From Carcharhinus amblyrhynchos (taxonomy: Eukaryota), in contig OZ336878.1 of the NCBI GenBank assembly GCA_965287045.1, positions 58,094,001 to 58,158,000 of the forward strand: DNA of 64,000 bases, given 5' to 3'. The notes under the pieces were generated by a model. It was not told the origin of the DNA. It worked only from the letters and a program-made list of their open reading frames with translations, and ran no database searches. The stretch's first letter is position 1. Each line of letters starts with the position of its first letter. This document shows positions 1 to 13,440 of this stretch, piece after piece. Both the position numbers and the translations under genes were made by a program.

Positions 1-107
1 CCACTCCCTCAACAACCTCCTCTTTCAACACTTCAGAATGTTGATCATCAGGTCTAAGGGATTTATCAGCTTTCATTCCATTAGTTCCTCCAATGCTATT
101 TTTTAAT

Positions 108-1790
108 CTAGAAACATAGAACCATAGAAAATAGAAACAGGAATAGGCCATTAATTTTGATCATGGCTGATCATCAAATTCAATATCCTGATCCCACCTT
201 CTCCCCATATCCCTTGATCCATTTAGCCCTAAGATTTATATCTAATTTCTTCTTGAAATCATACAACATTTTTGTCTCAACTATTTTCTGGGATAGTGAA
301 TTCCACGCATTCACCACGCTCTAGGTGAAAAATTTCTCTGCACTTCGGTCCTAAAAGGTTTATCCCTTATCCTCAAACTATGGCCCCTAGTTCTGAATTC
401 CCCTACTATCGGGAACATTTTTTGCTGAATCTACCCTGTCTAATCCTGTTAGAATTTTATAAGTCTCTGAGATCCCGGCTCAATCTTCTAAACTCCAATG
501 AATAGAATCCTAACCAATTTAATCATTCCTCATATGACAGATCTGCCTTTCCAGGAATCAGCCCAATAAACCTTTGCTACACTCCCTATATAGCAAAGAA
601 GTACTTCCTCAGGTAAAACTGCACACAATACTCTAGGTGTGGCCTCACCAATGCCCCATTCAATTTCAATCAAACATCTCTAATCCTATACTCAAACCTT
701 GTCGCTGTGGAGGCTAACATACCATTTGCCTTCATTACTGCCTGCTGTACCTCTGCACTTAATTTCAGTGACTGATGCATGAGGACACTAAGGTCTCGCA
801 GAGTATCCACCTCTTTCAATTTACACCCATTCGAATAATAATCTGCTTTCCTATTATTGCTACCGAAGTGCATAATCTCACATTTACCCACACTGCACTG
901 CGTCTGCCATGCATATGCCCATCACTCAACCTGTCCAAATCAAGGTGGAGCATCTCTGCATCCTTCTCACAGCTTGCCCTCAAACCCAACTTTGTATCAT
1001 CTGAGGATTTGGAGATTATACATTTAGTTCTGTTTTCCAAATCATCAATATATAATGTGAACAGCTGGGACAGATCCCTGCAGTACTCTACTAACCACTG
1101 CCTGCCAATCGGAAAAATAGCGTTTATGCCAAATCTTTGCTTCCTGTCTGCTAACCGGATTGCTATCCATCTCACGACATTACCTGCAATCCTATGTGCT
1201 TTAACTTTACATAGTAGTCTGCTATGTGAGAAGATCTTGTTGAAAACCTTCTGCAAGTCTAAATAGACCACATCCGTTGGTTCTCCTTGTTCAACACTTT
1301 TAGTTACATCCTCAAAGAATTCCAATAGATTCGTCAGGTATGATTTCCCCAGTGTAAATCCATGTTGATTGTCTGATTATACCACTGCTTTCCGAATGCT
1401 GAGCTATGAAATCCTTGTGAATGGACTCTAACAATTTCCCCAGTACTGATGTTAGGCTTACTGGTCTACAGCTCTCTGTTTTCTCTCTACTTTCTTTATG
1501 AATAGCAGGCTTACACTAGCTACTCTCTAATCTGTGGGAACCAGTCCAGAGTCCAAAGAATTTTAGAAAATGACCACCAATGGATCTACTATTTCTAGGG
1601 CCACGTAAGTGCTTAGGGATGAAGATTATCAGGCCCTGGAGATTTAGTCGCCTTCAATCCCATCAATTTCCCCAAAACCATTTCTTTACTAATACTGATT
1701 TCCTTCAGCTCCTCACTGAAAATTGTTTCTCTCAGAACTTTTGGTGCATTATTCATGTCTTCCTTTGTGAAGACAGAAGTACAACTTTAA
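108..1790 (-). mobile_element. CR1 LINE, decayed 3' portion (RT region and tail)
   Basis: Track ORFs 816..1325 and 670..891 carry CR1 RT motifs (EFFEDVT, DVVYLD, LFTLYIDDL, SK.SDDTKL, KCEIMHFG). Tail repeat catagaaa/catagaac near 110-135. Confidence 0.9.
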
Positions 1791-1910
1791 TTTTCTTTCA
1801 GTTTTTCTTGCTCACATGACATTTGGTTCTCTAGTATTTGAGACAAACAAAAGTATTTGATTAGATTATCTGTCATTTTGTTAGAGAGATGGGTTCATGG
1901 TGGTGTCAAA

Positions 1911-2257
1911 GGCAACACTGTGGCACAGCAGTTATCACTGCTGCCTCACAACACTAGGGGCCCAGGTTCAATTCCAGTCTCAGGCAGCTGTCTGTATGGA
2001 GTTTGCACGTTCTACCCATGTCTACATGGGTTCCTCCAGGTGCTCCGGTTTCCTCCCTCAGTCCAAAGATTTGCACGTTGGGTGGATTCAACATGATAAA
2101 TTGCCCTTAGTGTCCCAAGATGTGTAGGCTCTATGGGTTAGCCGTGGTACGTTTGTGGCATTACAGGGATAACGTGGGGAAGAGGGCCTGGCTAAGAAAC
2201 TTGGTGCAGACTTGATGGGCCAGATTGCTGCCTTCTGCACTGTAGAGATTCTATGAT
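1911..2257 (+). mobile_element. tRNA-derived SINE, HE1/V-SINE type
   Basis: A-box-like tggcacagcag and B-box-like ggttcaattcc, V-domain core gtctgtatggagtttgcacgttct...tgctccggtttcctccc, CR1-type tail gattctatgat. Confidence 0.85.
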
Positions 2258-2299
2258 ATTATTGTTTATGAAATGGTGTGAGGAGTCATCTGAAACCAC

Positions 2300-3070
2300 T
2301 TGTGTAGGGTTGTAGGGTGCAAGTTACTAAAGACTATTTATTAAATGAAAGAAAAGGCATATACACATGAACAGGACTATAATTCTAAAAAGGTACATAA
2401 ACACTGGAGTGTGACGCATACACACAGTTTTATCTAGAAATTACATCTGGTTCCAAACTATACCCTTGATACTTAAACTCAGTAAGGCTTCCCTGTTCCC
2501 AAACAACTTAACCTTCAACAAACCTACAAGTTAAATCCAGCTTATAGTTATCACACCAGTCTGGGAAGTGTCTTTGCCTGATTCAATGAAAATAGATAAA
2601 CTGCCTTTACAAAGGTTTCTGCATTAACTTAGCTGTAAGACGAAAAAGGGCCACTGCTGTTAGCTGACTTATTATAAGATGTTACCATGACTTCCCTGTG
2701 AGATGTTAAGGTGGCCTTCCAGTGAGATGCCAAACTAGCCGCTCTGCTCCTGCAAAAGTTGACAATTATACTCCTAGTTGTCTTTAATTCAGCTCACCCT
2801 ATTTTGGGCTGTCTCGCCTATATTCCTGACTCTCAAAAATTAGCATCTTTATGCCTCCCCTGGTCTCTGTCGTCTTGGTAAACGGCTTCCTGATGATAGG
2901 GTTTATTTACATCTTATCTGGATGTCTGCAAATCTCATCCCTGGGCAAGGATGCATCTCATCGTCCCCTTTGAATGTGGGCGGCGGACGCATTCTCCCTT
3001 GTTAATAGATTACATTCCATCATTTCTGTTGTTATTTCTGGGTCTTGTTGGTACAGGCACATCCATGGCA
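2300..3070 (-). mobile_element. Probable solo LTR (boundaries uncertain)
   Basis: Non-coding block interrupting CR1 sequence. On the - strand it has a TATA-like gagtataatt (~2766-2775) and AATAAA (~2337-2342). Ends in ...ggca; no clean TSD found. Confidence 0.4.
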
Positions 3071-3499
3071 CTGTCTGTAATGGATCCACATTTGTCTTAA
3101 TCATTTCCTTTTTATGTATTGTTAGTAGATCTTACAGTCTTTTAATGTTTCTTGCCAATTTACACACACATTCTATTTTCACTTTCTTTTAGTTTCTTGG
3201 ACCTTCTTTGGCAAATTCTAAAAAGTTCCCAATTGTTGTGTTCTGTACTTTTCTTTGCGAGTTTATAAGCCTCTACCTTTTATCTAATGCAATATTAGAC
3301 TTCTGTTGTTTGCAGTGGTTGCATCACTTTTCTTGTTGGTCTTTATTTCCTTAGAGGAATGTTGATGTAAATCTTACATTAATTCTTTAAATGCAAGCCA
3401 TTCTGTCTACTGTTGAAACTTTAATGTTGTTTTGCAAACTACCACAGCCAGCTTGTCCCTAGTACTTCTGTAGTTTGCTTTGTTTAGAGTTAAGACTAA

Positions 3500-4093
3500 G
3501 TTGGCACGTCTTGTTGAAGTTGTACAAGACATTGCTAAGGCCACTCTTGGAATACCGTGTGCAATTCTGGTCACCCTAATGTAGAAAGGATATTATTAAA
3601 CTAGAAAGAGTGCAGAAAACATTTACTGGGATGCTACCGGGACTTGATAGATTGAGTTATAAGGAGAGGCTGAATAGACTGGGACTTTTTTCACTGGAGC
3701 TTAGGAGGCTGAGGAGTGACCTTCTGGAGGTCTATAAAATAATGAGGGGCATAGACAAGATATATAGTCAATATCTTTTCCCAAAAGTAAGGGAGTCTAA
3801 AACTAAAGGGCATAGGTTTAAGGTGAGAGGGGAGAGATATAAAAGTGCCCAGAGGGGCAATCCTTTCACACAGTGGTAAGTGCCTGGAACAAGCTGTCAG
3901 AGTTTGTAGTAGAAGGGAGTACAATTGTGTCTTTTAAAGGCATTTAGTTAGTTACATGGGTACGATGGGTTTAGAGGGATATGGGCCAAATGTGGGCAAT
4001 TGGGATTAGCTTAGGGGTTTTAAAAAAAATAAGGGAGGCATGGACAAGTTAGGCCCAAGGGCCTGTTTCCATGCTGTAAACCTCTATGACTCT
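3500..4093 (+). mobile_element. CR1 LINE 3' fragment
   Basis: ORF 3610..3879 (LSYKERLNRLGLFSLELRRLRSDLLEVYKIMRG...TKGH), followed by a 3' UTR ending ctctatgactct. Confidence 0.9.
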
Positions 4094-4321
4094 TGATTCA
4101 GATTGACTACAGCTCTTTCAAATTAAATGCCAAATTTATTCATATTATTGTTTATCTTCCCAAACAGTTCTTTTACAACAAGATTATCAATCAGGTCCTT
4201 TCTCATTACACAATACAGGATCTAAGATAGCTGTGAGATTAGCAGTGCATTTCCTGTTTGGTGGCAGAGTGGGAAATTGCACCTGATTTTAGAACCTCTC
4301 ACATACTTTATTTTCATGCAG

Positions 4322-4450
4322 AATGAGCCTACCCACAACAGGAGGGAGAGATTTCAGACCAGAGAATGGATGTCCAACATTGTTGAGCTAACAAAGTTTG
4401 AGGAGGATGCCACCAAGTTGATAGGGGAGGACAGAGATCATTCTGTAATG
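4322..4450 (+). mobile_element. PIF/Harbinger Myb/SANT-like accessory ORF relic (C-terminal part)
   Basis: Acceptor-like ttttcatgcag, then ..THNRRERFQTREWMSNIVELTKFEEDATKLIGEDRD, resembling the AHNRRERxxTGGG...LTxxEExAxxLxG segment of Harbinger Myb-like proteins. Confidence 0.5.
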
Positions 4451-4852
4451 AAGATAAAATTGGCTTCTCTAAACATTCCAAAACGTATGAGCCCCCTGAG
4501 TTGATCGTATTTTGGGCACTCACAGTGAGTGACATCCAATGTTGTCTTGAGCCTGCTGTTGAACTAAATCTATCTTTTATCTCTTACAGCCAATAGCAGG
4601 TGCACACAAAGCAGCACAGTTAACATGAGCTCTGGTCCTCAGACCACCTCAAAGGAGGATGCTGAGGAAGCATTTGACGGTGACTTGTCATTGTGTTCAC
4701 CTGCATCTTCTACCAGCACGGAGACACCGTGCATCATAGATCTAGTTTAGACTTTGGGTCATGTTCTGAAGAACATGGATGAGTCTCCTGTGAAATTTGA
4801 TATGCCACCCATTAAACTGTGAGCAAAGATGGAGAGAAGACGCTGGAGAGAA

Positions 4853-5230
4853 TTGGTTGCACAGTGCTAATGTCACTAGACTAGTAAGCCAGAGGCCCAG
4901 ACTAACACTTTGGGACATTGGTGCAAATCCCAAGCACTGCAGCTGAAATTTGAATTTAATTAATTAATCTGGAACTAAAAGCTAGTCTAATGGTGACGGC
5001 AGAATTATTGTCAATCCAGAGCCCTTTAGGAAAGGACATCTGTCCTAGATGTGACTCCTGACCCATAGCAATGTGGCTTATTCTTAAAAGCCCATTGGAA
5101 AGGCCTAGCAAGCTACTCAGTTGTATCAAACCACTACTGGGTCTAAATAGAATGGAGATGGACTGACTCAGTGCATCGACTGAGGCATCAGAAACAGCGA
5201 TGGCACACAAAATCCTCAATGTTGATTCTC
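4853..5230 (+). mobile_element. tRNA-headed SINE-like repeat
   Basis: Head gcacagtgctaatgtcactagactagtaagccagagg...ggtgcaaatccc. A related sequence lies reverse-complemented at ~63340-63530. Confidence 0.5.
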
Positions 5231-5335
5231 GACCCTATGTAGTCACATGGCAAAATGGGCAAGGAAGCCTCCTGCTGGTTACTGCTGCAAGACTGACCAC
5301 TGCATATTCCTTTTGGAGATTAAGTCTGGCCTTTG

Positions 5336-5520
5336 CATCACAATCCACCTAACCTGCACATCTTTGGATTGCAGGAGGAAACCAGAGCACCCAGAACTAA
5401 CCCATGCAGATATGGGGAGAATGTGCAAACTTCACAGAAGACAGTCGCCCAAGGCTTCAATTAAACCTGAGTCCTTGACACTGAGACAGCAGTGCTAGCT
5501 ACTGTGCAGTTGTGCCGCTA
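5336..5520 (-). mobile_element. HE1/V-SINE 5' fragment
   Basis: Reverse complement of the V-SINE core (ggaggaaaccagagcaccc...gggagaatgtgcaaact) and tRNA-like head (gctactgtgc). Confidence 0.8.
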
Positions 5521-5989
5521 GTGACCATGCTGACTGAGTCCATATGAACTAGAGTCTACAAGCTATATTGGAAGTTTAGCAGGTGGTGAGAGAACTAACT
5601 AGAGGGAAAAAAATATTGATAGGACTGACCGCTGCACAGTTCTTTTCAAAATTAAGTCTGGTCTTTACATTAAGATTCCTTCTATTATGTTGTGTTGCAT
5701 GATCATTGTGCTAAATGGGGTAGATTTTGAAAAGATCTAGCAACTCAAAGCTGGGCACCCATGAGACACTGAGCCATCAGCTTCAGCTGAATGGTATACA
5801 ACCTATAACCTTGTGACCTGGCATTTTCCTCCCTCTACCATTGCCATCAAGTCAGAGGTTCAACCCTGGTAAATATAAGGAATTATGGGGATAGGGTCTG
5901 GGTGGGATTGTTGTTAGTGCAGGCTCTGAGCTGAATGGCCTCCTTCTACACTGTAGGATTTCTATGTTCTATGTTTCTAGTTACAGGTC

Positions 5990-6960
5990 AATATTGATAA
6001 ATTTTCAAAATAGATAATTAGTTGGCAAATGAAGTTTGACACAAATGTGAAGTAGTATATTTTAACAGGAAGTATACAACTTTATTGGAATTGTAAGTCT
6101 AGATGGTGTAGTGGAAAAAAGGGATCTCAGTACAAATATATCAATTGTTAAAAGTTGCAGCACAGGTAGCCAAGGCCATTTTTAAAAAAAAGCAAGCCAA
6201 GTGCTCAGCTTTATTTCTAGAGGGAGAGATTTGAAAACTAGGGAAGCTGTACTAAACCTGTAACAAACCTTTGTTAGACCGCATTTAAAATGTTCTTGTT
6301 TCTATATCAAAAAAGGGATACAGAGGCACCAGAGAGGCTGATGCCTGGAATGTATCAAGAAAATATTGACAGACCTGGTCTTTTTTCTCTTGAAAAAAGA
6401 CTGACCTCTAGAAAAAAATCATGGAATTGTTATGGCATAGGAAGAGGCCATTTGGCCTGTCGTGATTGCACCAGATTTTTGAATGAGCAATTCGCCTAGT
6501 TCTATTCTCCCACCTTCTTCCTGTAATCCAGCACCATCTTGATGATAGTTTAATTCCCTTTTGAATGCTTCAACTGAACCTTTGTTCAAAAAAAGGTGCA
6601 AAGGTAAACCCAGCAACTACTGGCCAGTCAGTTTAGCCCCAGTGATAAGGAAAATTCTAGAAATGTTAGTGTTATACAATGGACAGATAAGAGGCAAAGG
6701 TATAGCTCATGGAATAGAAGGAACAGTAGCAGCATAGATATGGGATTAATTGAGTGACAGGAAACATAATGGATGTTTTTCAGACTGGAGGAAAGTTTGC
6801 AGTGGAATTCCCCAGGGGTTAGTGTTGTGTCCCTTGGTCTTCCTGATGTATATTAATGATCCAGACCTTGGTAGACAGGACACAATTTCATGTGATCTGC
6901 AGATTTTAAAACATGGAAACATTGAGGAGGAGAATGGTGCAGAACTTCAAAATGACACGG
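5990..6960 (+). mobile_element. Old CR1 fragments (mosaic; short - strand piece at ~6415-6580)
   Basis: Degenerate motifs RPGLFSLEKR and VCSGIPQGLVLCPLVFLMYIND. Confidence 0.7.
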
Positions 6961-6964
6961 ACAG

Positions 6965-8430
6965 TATTCTTGCAAGAGCACTAAAGATTTGTGCTTCAGA
7001 ACTTGCTGCACTCCTAGCCAAATTTTTCCAATGCAGCTATAACACTGGCATCTATCTGGCAATGTAGATAATTGCCTGATCATGTCCTGCCCAGTATAAC
7101 TAGGGCAAACCCAATCTAGCAATTACTGCTCCTGCCGTCTACTCCCAATCATTAGCAAAGTGATGAAAGGTGTTGTTAACAATGCTGCCAAATGGCACTT
7201 AATAATAACCTGCTTGCTGACGCTCAGTTTGGGTTCTGCCAGAGTCACTCAGCTTCTGACTTCATTACAGTATTGGTCCAAACGTGGAGAAAAGAGCTAA
7301 ACTCCAGAGGTGAGAATGACTGCCTTTACTATCAAGGAAGCATTGACTAAATATTGCATCAAGGGGTTATAGGACACTGAAGTCAATGGAAATGGGGAAA
7401 AAACTCTCCACTGATGAAGTCATAATTAACAGAAAAGAAGATAGCTGTCATTATTGGATGTCAATTGCCTTAAACCTGGGAAATTGTACTGGACCTCCTC
7501 ATCGTTCGTGGCCCAACCAACTGTTCAAGGATCTTCCCTTCATCATAAGGTCAGAAGTGGGGATGTTCACAGATAATTGCACAATGTTTAACACCATTTG
7601 TGAGTCCTCCGACACTAAGAGTCCATGTCAGTATGCAGAAAGACCTGTACAATATTGTCACTAATAAATGGCAAGTGACATTTATGCCACACAAGTGTCA
7701 GGCAGTGACCATCTCCAGCAAGGACGAATCTAACTATCATTCTTTGATATTTGATAGCATTAGCATTAACGTTACTAAATCTCCCATTTTTCACATCCTG
7801 GGGGGTTACCATTGACCAGAAACTGAACTGGACAAGCCAAATGGACACTGTGGGTTCAGGAACATGTCAGAAGCTGGGAATTATGTGCAGATTAACTCAC
7901 CTCCTAACTCCTGAGAGCTTGTTCTCATCTATAAGGCACAAGTGATGCGTGTGATGGAATACCGTCCAATTGCCTAGTTGGGGGCAGCTTCAACAATGGT
8001 GAAGAAGCTTGACACCAGCCAGAACAAAACAGCCTTTTTGATTGGCATCCCAAACATCACCTTAAACATTCACTCCCTTCACCATTGAAACACAGTGTAC
8101 CACCTGCATGCACTTCAGCTACTCACTAAGACTCCTTCAACAGCACTTTTCAAACCTGAAATCTCTGCTGCTTAGAGGACAAGGGCAACAGAGGCATGAG
8201 AATACTATCACCTGCAAGTTACCCTCAAAGCTGCACACTATCCTTGGAACTATATTGCAAATTTTCACTGTTGCTGGGTTAACCTGGAATACTCTTCATA
8301 ATAGCATCGTGGGCGTTCCAGGACACCCAGACTACTGTGGTCCAAGAAGGCAAGTCACCACTACGTTATTGAGGGCAATTATGGATGGACGATAAATTCT
8401 GACCAAGTCCGCTATGATCAAATCCCATAA
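6965..8430 (+). mobile_element. Non-LTR retrotransposon, RTE-X-like, RT to 3' end
   Basis: RT-region motifs LKICASELAALLAKFFQ, GMFTDNCTMF, KWQVTFMPHKCQ and GVTIDQKLNW. 3' end gggcaattatggatggacgataaat. Clade assignment is from recalled motifs. Confidence 0.75.
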
Positions 8431-8444
8431 GCAAATTAAGAAAA

Positions 8445-8875
8445 GATAACTGCCATGAAGAGAGTAGATTCACCATTTTGCTGTCATGTATGTCCAACAG
8501 GTCAAAGCTTAAGCCAATAGTGGTATTCAAGAAAAGGATCTTCCCAAAACAACAATTCCCTAAAGAAGTAGTCATTCATGTTGAAGAATGAATGGATGAA
8601 GGTGCTTTAAAATATAGCTGAGGAAAGTTTAGTGCATCCATTCAGGAGGATTGTGTAAAGAAAAATGTCTTTGCGTCTGGGACATGTTCAGATCACAACT
8701 TGTTGATGATTTTGTTGCTTAAATTAAGTTGCAAAACAGTGATATTGCAGTGGTTGTCCAACCAGCATTGTTCAATCATTGTGTAGGTCTCTCTTAATCA
8801 GCCCTTCAACGAAATTATGAGACAAAAGTGGAATGACTGGATGCTTGGAGGAGACAAAACATTCACCAGAGGATA
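8445..8875 (+). mobile_element. pogo/Tigger-family DDD transposase relic
   Basis: Frameshifted translation: HEESRFTILLSCMSNRSKLKPIVVFKKRIFPKQQFPKEVVIHV..WMDEG..GGLCKEKCLCVWDMFRSQL..NSDIAVV..NQPFNEIMRQKWNDWMLGGDKTFTRG. This follows the POGK-type DDE_1 pattern. Confidence 0.85.
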
Positions 8876-10165
8876 TGGGTTCATTTAACTTTTACAATGG
8901 CTAAACTCTCCCTTATCATAATTATACTTTACTCTGTCCCTCAAATTGATACTTAATTCACCAAGAGTGATTTTTAATTCCTTTTTTCCTCCAGTCAGAT
9001 GACTTCTAATCCCTGGACTGACTTCTATGGTGTAGGTTACCCTGGAAATTTTTCCCTCTAGCCGAAGCTATATAAATCTTTCAGCTTCACTTGAACTGTC
9101 ACAACCTTGTTTTCTTCAATCCTAGTGCTGGCTCATATCTGTATTTTGCATGGTGAATGATAAGAAAACTTGCTATTTCTATCTCTTTGCTCTCTCTTTC
9201 TTGGATTCTGCAAACTGATCCTGTCTGTGAGGTTCAGTGATATCTTTAGGAAAACCACCCCAGTCCTATTGTGGCCTCTATGAACTCTTGCCCTTCCAAA
9301 GCCTATCTCCACAGCAATGTTTCAGATAGAAATACTAATTAACTCTCCTAGACCTCATCCTATTTTGGAATTAAACAGGCAGATTTAACTCGAACCATTT
9401 ACAAAACCTTACATTTCTAATATCTCCCTGGAACTAGGAGAATTAACAGTCTATCCATCATCAGCAGAACTAATCTGATCACTGTTTAAAGGTGTGAATG
9501 TTTTGCACCTTGTTCTGAGCAAAACAACCTGGGACCCCCAATTTCATGAAATACCAAGCCACCCAGACTTGTCAGCAGAATTCAGAGCCAGTCACATGAC
9601 CATCTCACTATTCCTTCATTTTGCTCTGAATAAAAGAGACAGTCCCAAAACATCTTACAAACATAATGTTTGTACCAATGTTTACGTTTGTTTCATATTC
9701 TGATTAAGTATTCTAACTTTATTCTATAATCCAGAAACTTCCAAAATCAGGGAAGGCACAGGTCCTTTTTGGATTCCGGACTGAAGAGGTACTTGCATAT
9801 CTGGGCAACTACAAACAATCTCATGGGCAGCTATAGGGCTCACTTACAAATGTAAAAATGAGCAAAGTAAGCCCAAGAGTGGAACCCTGGCATATCGTTA
9901 TTGTCTAACAAATGTGATTTAACAATTGAAAAATATGCATCCTACATTGCAATAGAAATTCATTAGGTAGTAAATATAAAAAGCAAAAAATACATGTTTT
10001 GTAACTAGATGATGGGATGAGTTTAATTTGTATTCTACGTAACCATCTTCAGCATTGGCGAAGTCCTTAATAAAAATAGATTTTATCCAGCTAATGTTGC
10101 ATGTGACTGCCTATACATCATTTTCATATACACCAGTATATTTCTGACATTTTCTGTTCTTTTAG

Positions 10166-10241
10166 GAGTCCTCGGGGAATTAAGTCTATTGCTAAAGATC
10201 AGTTGCGTAATCTGAGAAATGATCTAAAAGGTTGGCATGAG
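10166..10241 (+). CDS. AXDND1: AXDND1-like internal coding exon (76 nt, phase 2 in / 0 out)
   Basis: Pyrimidine tract ttttctgttcttttag, donor GAG|gtgagt. Translates (x)SPRGIKSIAKDQLRNLRNDLKGWHE, in frame with the next exon; compare recalled human SPNKGNIFNSVLLDFKQWQK. Confidence 0.82.
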
Positions 10242-10349
10242 GTGAGTGGTTCATCTGAATTATTTAATTCTTGTGTTTTTCCATTATGATTCAGTCTCAG
10301 CAAATAAGATGACTGTTTTATAAAATTTGATTCATTGAACTAACACTGA

Positions 10350-11050
10350 GGCTGTATTTTACACCCTTGCTGGTGAACTTGAAAGCGGAGGGACATTTGA
10401 AATCCGACAGATGGACTTTATATTGCCTACCCATCCCACCTCTGATCTGTCTAAAATTTATAGGAAGCAGGGTTGGCATCATGTGGCCTATCCACCCTTC
10501 AAACTATTGAGGATCTTATGCGGCCAGTTAATGCCACATAAAGGCCTCTTCCCATTGCTGGCAATCTTTTATCTGTGCAGGGATGGACCCAACTCTTGCG
10601 GCAATCACAATTGCTTTAGCTACATGTCTGGCATATGGCATGAGAGGACAGACCTCCTTTGCATGCTTGTCTGGGTCCAATGGAGACAATCTCGACCCCA
10701 AGGTGAACTTATGCTTGACCTCTTGAACGGCCCTTCATCCCAATTGCCAAGACCAGGTGAGAAGCGTGACCCCCAACCTACCTGATCCTTGCCTTTGATT
10801 TCCTTTAGTTCCTATAATGACCACCATACCCAGTGGCACCCTGCAGACTACAGAACTACTGACTCTTTGGCTGGCAGCTACCTAAGATGAGATTTCCTAC
10901 AGTGAGAGGGGTGGAAGTCTCACCTGAAACCAATTAATTCTGCGTAAATTGCTGAGGGGCAGACGTGCAAGGGCAGGCTTCCCCCTGACTTTTTAGTTGG
11001 GATGATGATGTGGGGTTGCGGACACAACATAGTGCCCTGTGAAGTCCATC
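10350..11050. mobile_element. Probable non-autonomous DNA element (MITE-like) relic
   Basis: GC-richer non-coding block starting ggctgtattttac, like the termini of other Harbinger-type MITE relics in this window. Confidence 0.35.
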
Positions 11051-11279
11051 TCTGTATATTTACTATAAAGTTGTCAGGCTATGAGGAAAACCTCATGAAT
11101 AAAGAACAAATTATTACATTTTCAAAACATAAAATCTCTTTGTGTGTACATCCTATTTTTATCATTCCAGTCATACTTCCATCTCAGTAATTCTCACAAC
11201 TTTGTCACAGATTGTGGGAGAACCCCTGTTATTAATTACATATCACAATTTATCTGAATATAAAAAGGTCCTAAAACAA

Positions 11280-13440
11280 TAGGATCATGGCTGATCTAAC
11301 AGTCACAAAGTCCACTTTCCTGCCTTATTCCCCAACTGATTAGAAAATGTTCAAAGACTCGGCCTCCATAGCTTCCTAGGGTAAAAGATTCCAAAGACTC
11401 ACCCTTCTTTGAGAGAGTAAATTTGTAATAGCAGGTGGTATCAATGAAGGGCTGCTATAATCACAGGTTATTTATTCAGACAACGAGGTAAAACTATATA
11501 CATGACAACAACTACAATACAGGTCTTTACTCCTTGACTCCCAGGCTCACACTGAGGGTCCCCTTTTCCATGGACCTGCACGTTTTCTTCCCATTGGCCC
11601 GAGGTTCACATGTTCCCGAGTAATAAGCCCTGGACAGGCCATGTCCTCCATGAAAAATCACCCCTTAAAATGTCGCACTACCACAAAGTTGTTCCTCAAA
11701 ATAATCTTAAATATGCACTTCTTCATTCTGCAACTACGTTCTCCAGTCCTACGCTCTTGTAGTAATCTTGAATGTTTCAATCACATCACCACTTATCCTT
11801 CGAACTCCATGGAGTACAGACCCAACCTGTTTAATGTTTCTTCGTGTGGCAGTCCCTCCATACCAAGATCCTCCTAGTAAATCTCTACTATACTGCTTCC
11901 TGTGATGTTATATCTTCCTTAAATAAGGGAACTAAAACAATGCACAGTGTTCTAAATGTGGCCACACTAATACTTTTTACACTTCTCTAATTTTATACTC
12001 CAGTCTCCTTGAAATAAAAATCAACATTCCATTTGCCTTCTCTATTACCTTCTTCACTTGTGTTAGCTTTCTGGGTTTCATGAACATGGACACTTAAAGT
12101 TTTTTTGTGCTGCAGCTTTCGGTAGTTTTTATCCATTTAATAATAATAATTCACTTTCTCATTTTGTCTTCCAAAAGAAACATTCTCACATTTTCCCGCA
12201 TTGAATTCTATTTGCCAATTTTCTGTCCACTCACTTAATCTGTCAATCTCTCTCTCTAAACTATTTATATTCTCTTCACCCTGCCTCCCATCCCGTTCTA
12301 TCATAAGAACATAAGAACTAGGAGCAGGAATAGGCTATCTGGCCCTCAAACCTGCTCTGCCATTTAATAAGATCTTTTCGTGGACTCGGCTCACTATAAC
12401 TCATAATTCCTGTACTCTTCAAAAATTTATCTATCCTTGCCTTAAAAACATTTAATGAGGTAGCCTTAATTGCTTCAGTGGGCAGGGAATTCCACAGATT
12501 CACAACCCTGTGGTTGAACAAGTTCCTGAATCTGCTCACCCTTGTTTTGAGGCTATGCCCTGAGTTCTAGTTTCACCAGGCAGTGGAAACATCCCCCCTG
12601 CTTCTATCTTACCTATTTCGTTTATAATTTTGTTATGTTTTTTAAGATCCCCCCCCCCCCCCCCCGTTCTTCTAAATTCCAATGCGTATAGTCCCAGTTT
12701 ACTCAATCTCTCCTCATAAGTCAATCCTGTCAACTCCAGAATCAACCTAGCGAATTTCCTCTGAACCCTTTCTAGTGCTAATACATCCTTTCCCATGTAA
12801 GGAGACCAAAACTGTACACAGTACTCCAGGTGTGGCCTCACCAGCACCTTGTACAGCTGCAGCATAATGTTCCTGTTTTTAAACTCCATCCCTCTAGCAA
12901 TAAAGGACAAAATTCCATTTGCCTTCTTAATTACCTGCTGCACCTGTAAACCAACCTTTTGCAATTCATGCACAAGGACATCCAGGTCCGTCTGCACAAC
13001 AGCATGCTACAATTTTTTACCATTTAAAAACTAGTCCATTTTATTGTTATTCCTGCCAAAATGGATGACCTCACATTTATCAACATTGTACTCCATCTGT
13101 CAGATCCTTGCCCACTCACTTAAGTAATCAATATCCCTTTGCAGACTTTCAATGTCCTCTGAATACTTTGCTCTACTACTCATCTCAGTGTCATTTACGA
13201 ATTTTGACACATGACACTTGGTTCCCAACTCCAACTCATCTATGTAAATTGTAAACAATTATGAATTTGGCCGCAGTATTTTCTGTTCCTTCTCCTAAGT
13301 CAGTAACATATATTGTAAAGAGCTGTGGTCTGAGCACTGATCCCTGTGGCACTCCACTGGTTACTGCTCTCCAACCTGAGAAAGACCTTCTTATCGCTAC
13401 TCACTGCTCCCTGTTAGTTAGCTAATTCTCTATCCATGCC
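11280..13440 (-). mobile_element. Nested CR1 LINEs: older copy 11280-12290 and 13270-13440, with a younger copy 12303-13262 inserted
   Basis: ORFs 12536..12997 (LYKVLVRPHLEYCVQFWSPY...LERVQR) and 12318..12539 (RVVNLWNSLP). Tail cataagaacataagaac at 12303. Confidence 0.9.
11424..11685 (-). mobile_element. Solo LTR (262 bp) inserted in a CR1 3' region
   Basis: Termini TGTAATAG...CTACCACA; flanking 5-bp TSD aaatt (11419-11423) / aagtt (11686-11690); AATAAA on the - strand near 11472-11477. The CR1 sequence resumes on both sides. Confidence 0.75.

Noticed and set aside
12648-12665. 18-nt C homopolymer
   Set aside because: A simple slippage expansion of a short C-run normally present at this CR1 position (compare 18240-18247); the length may also be a sequencing error.
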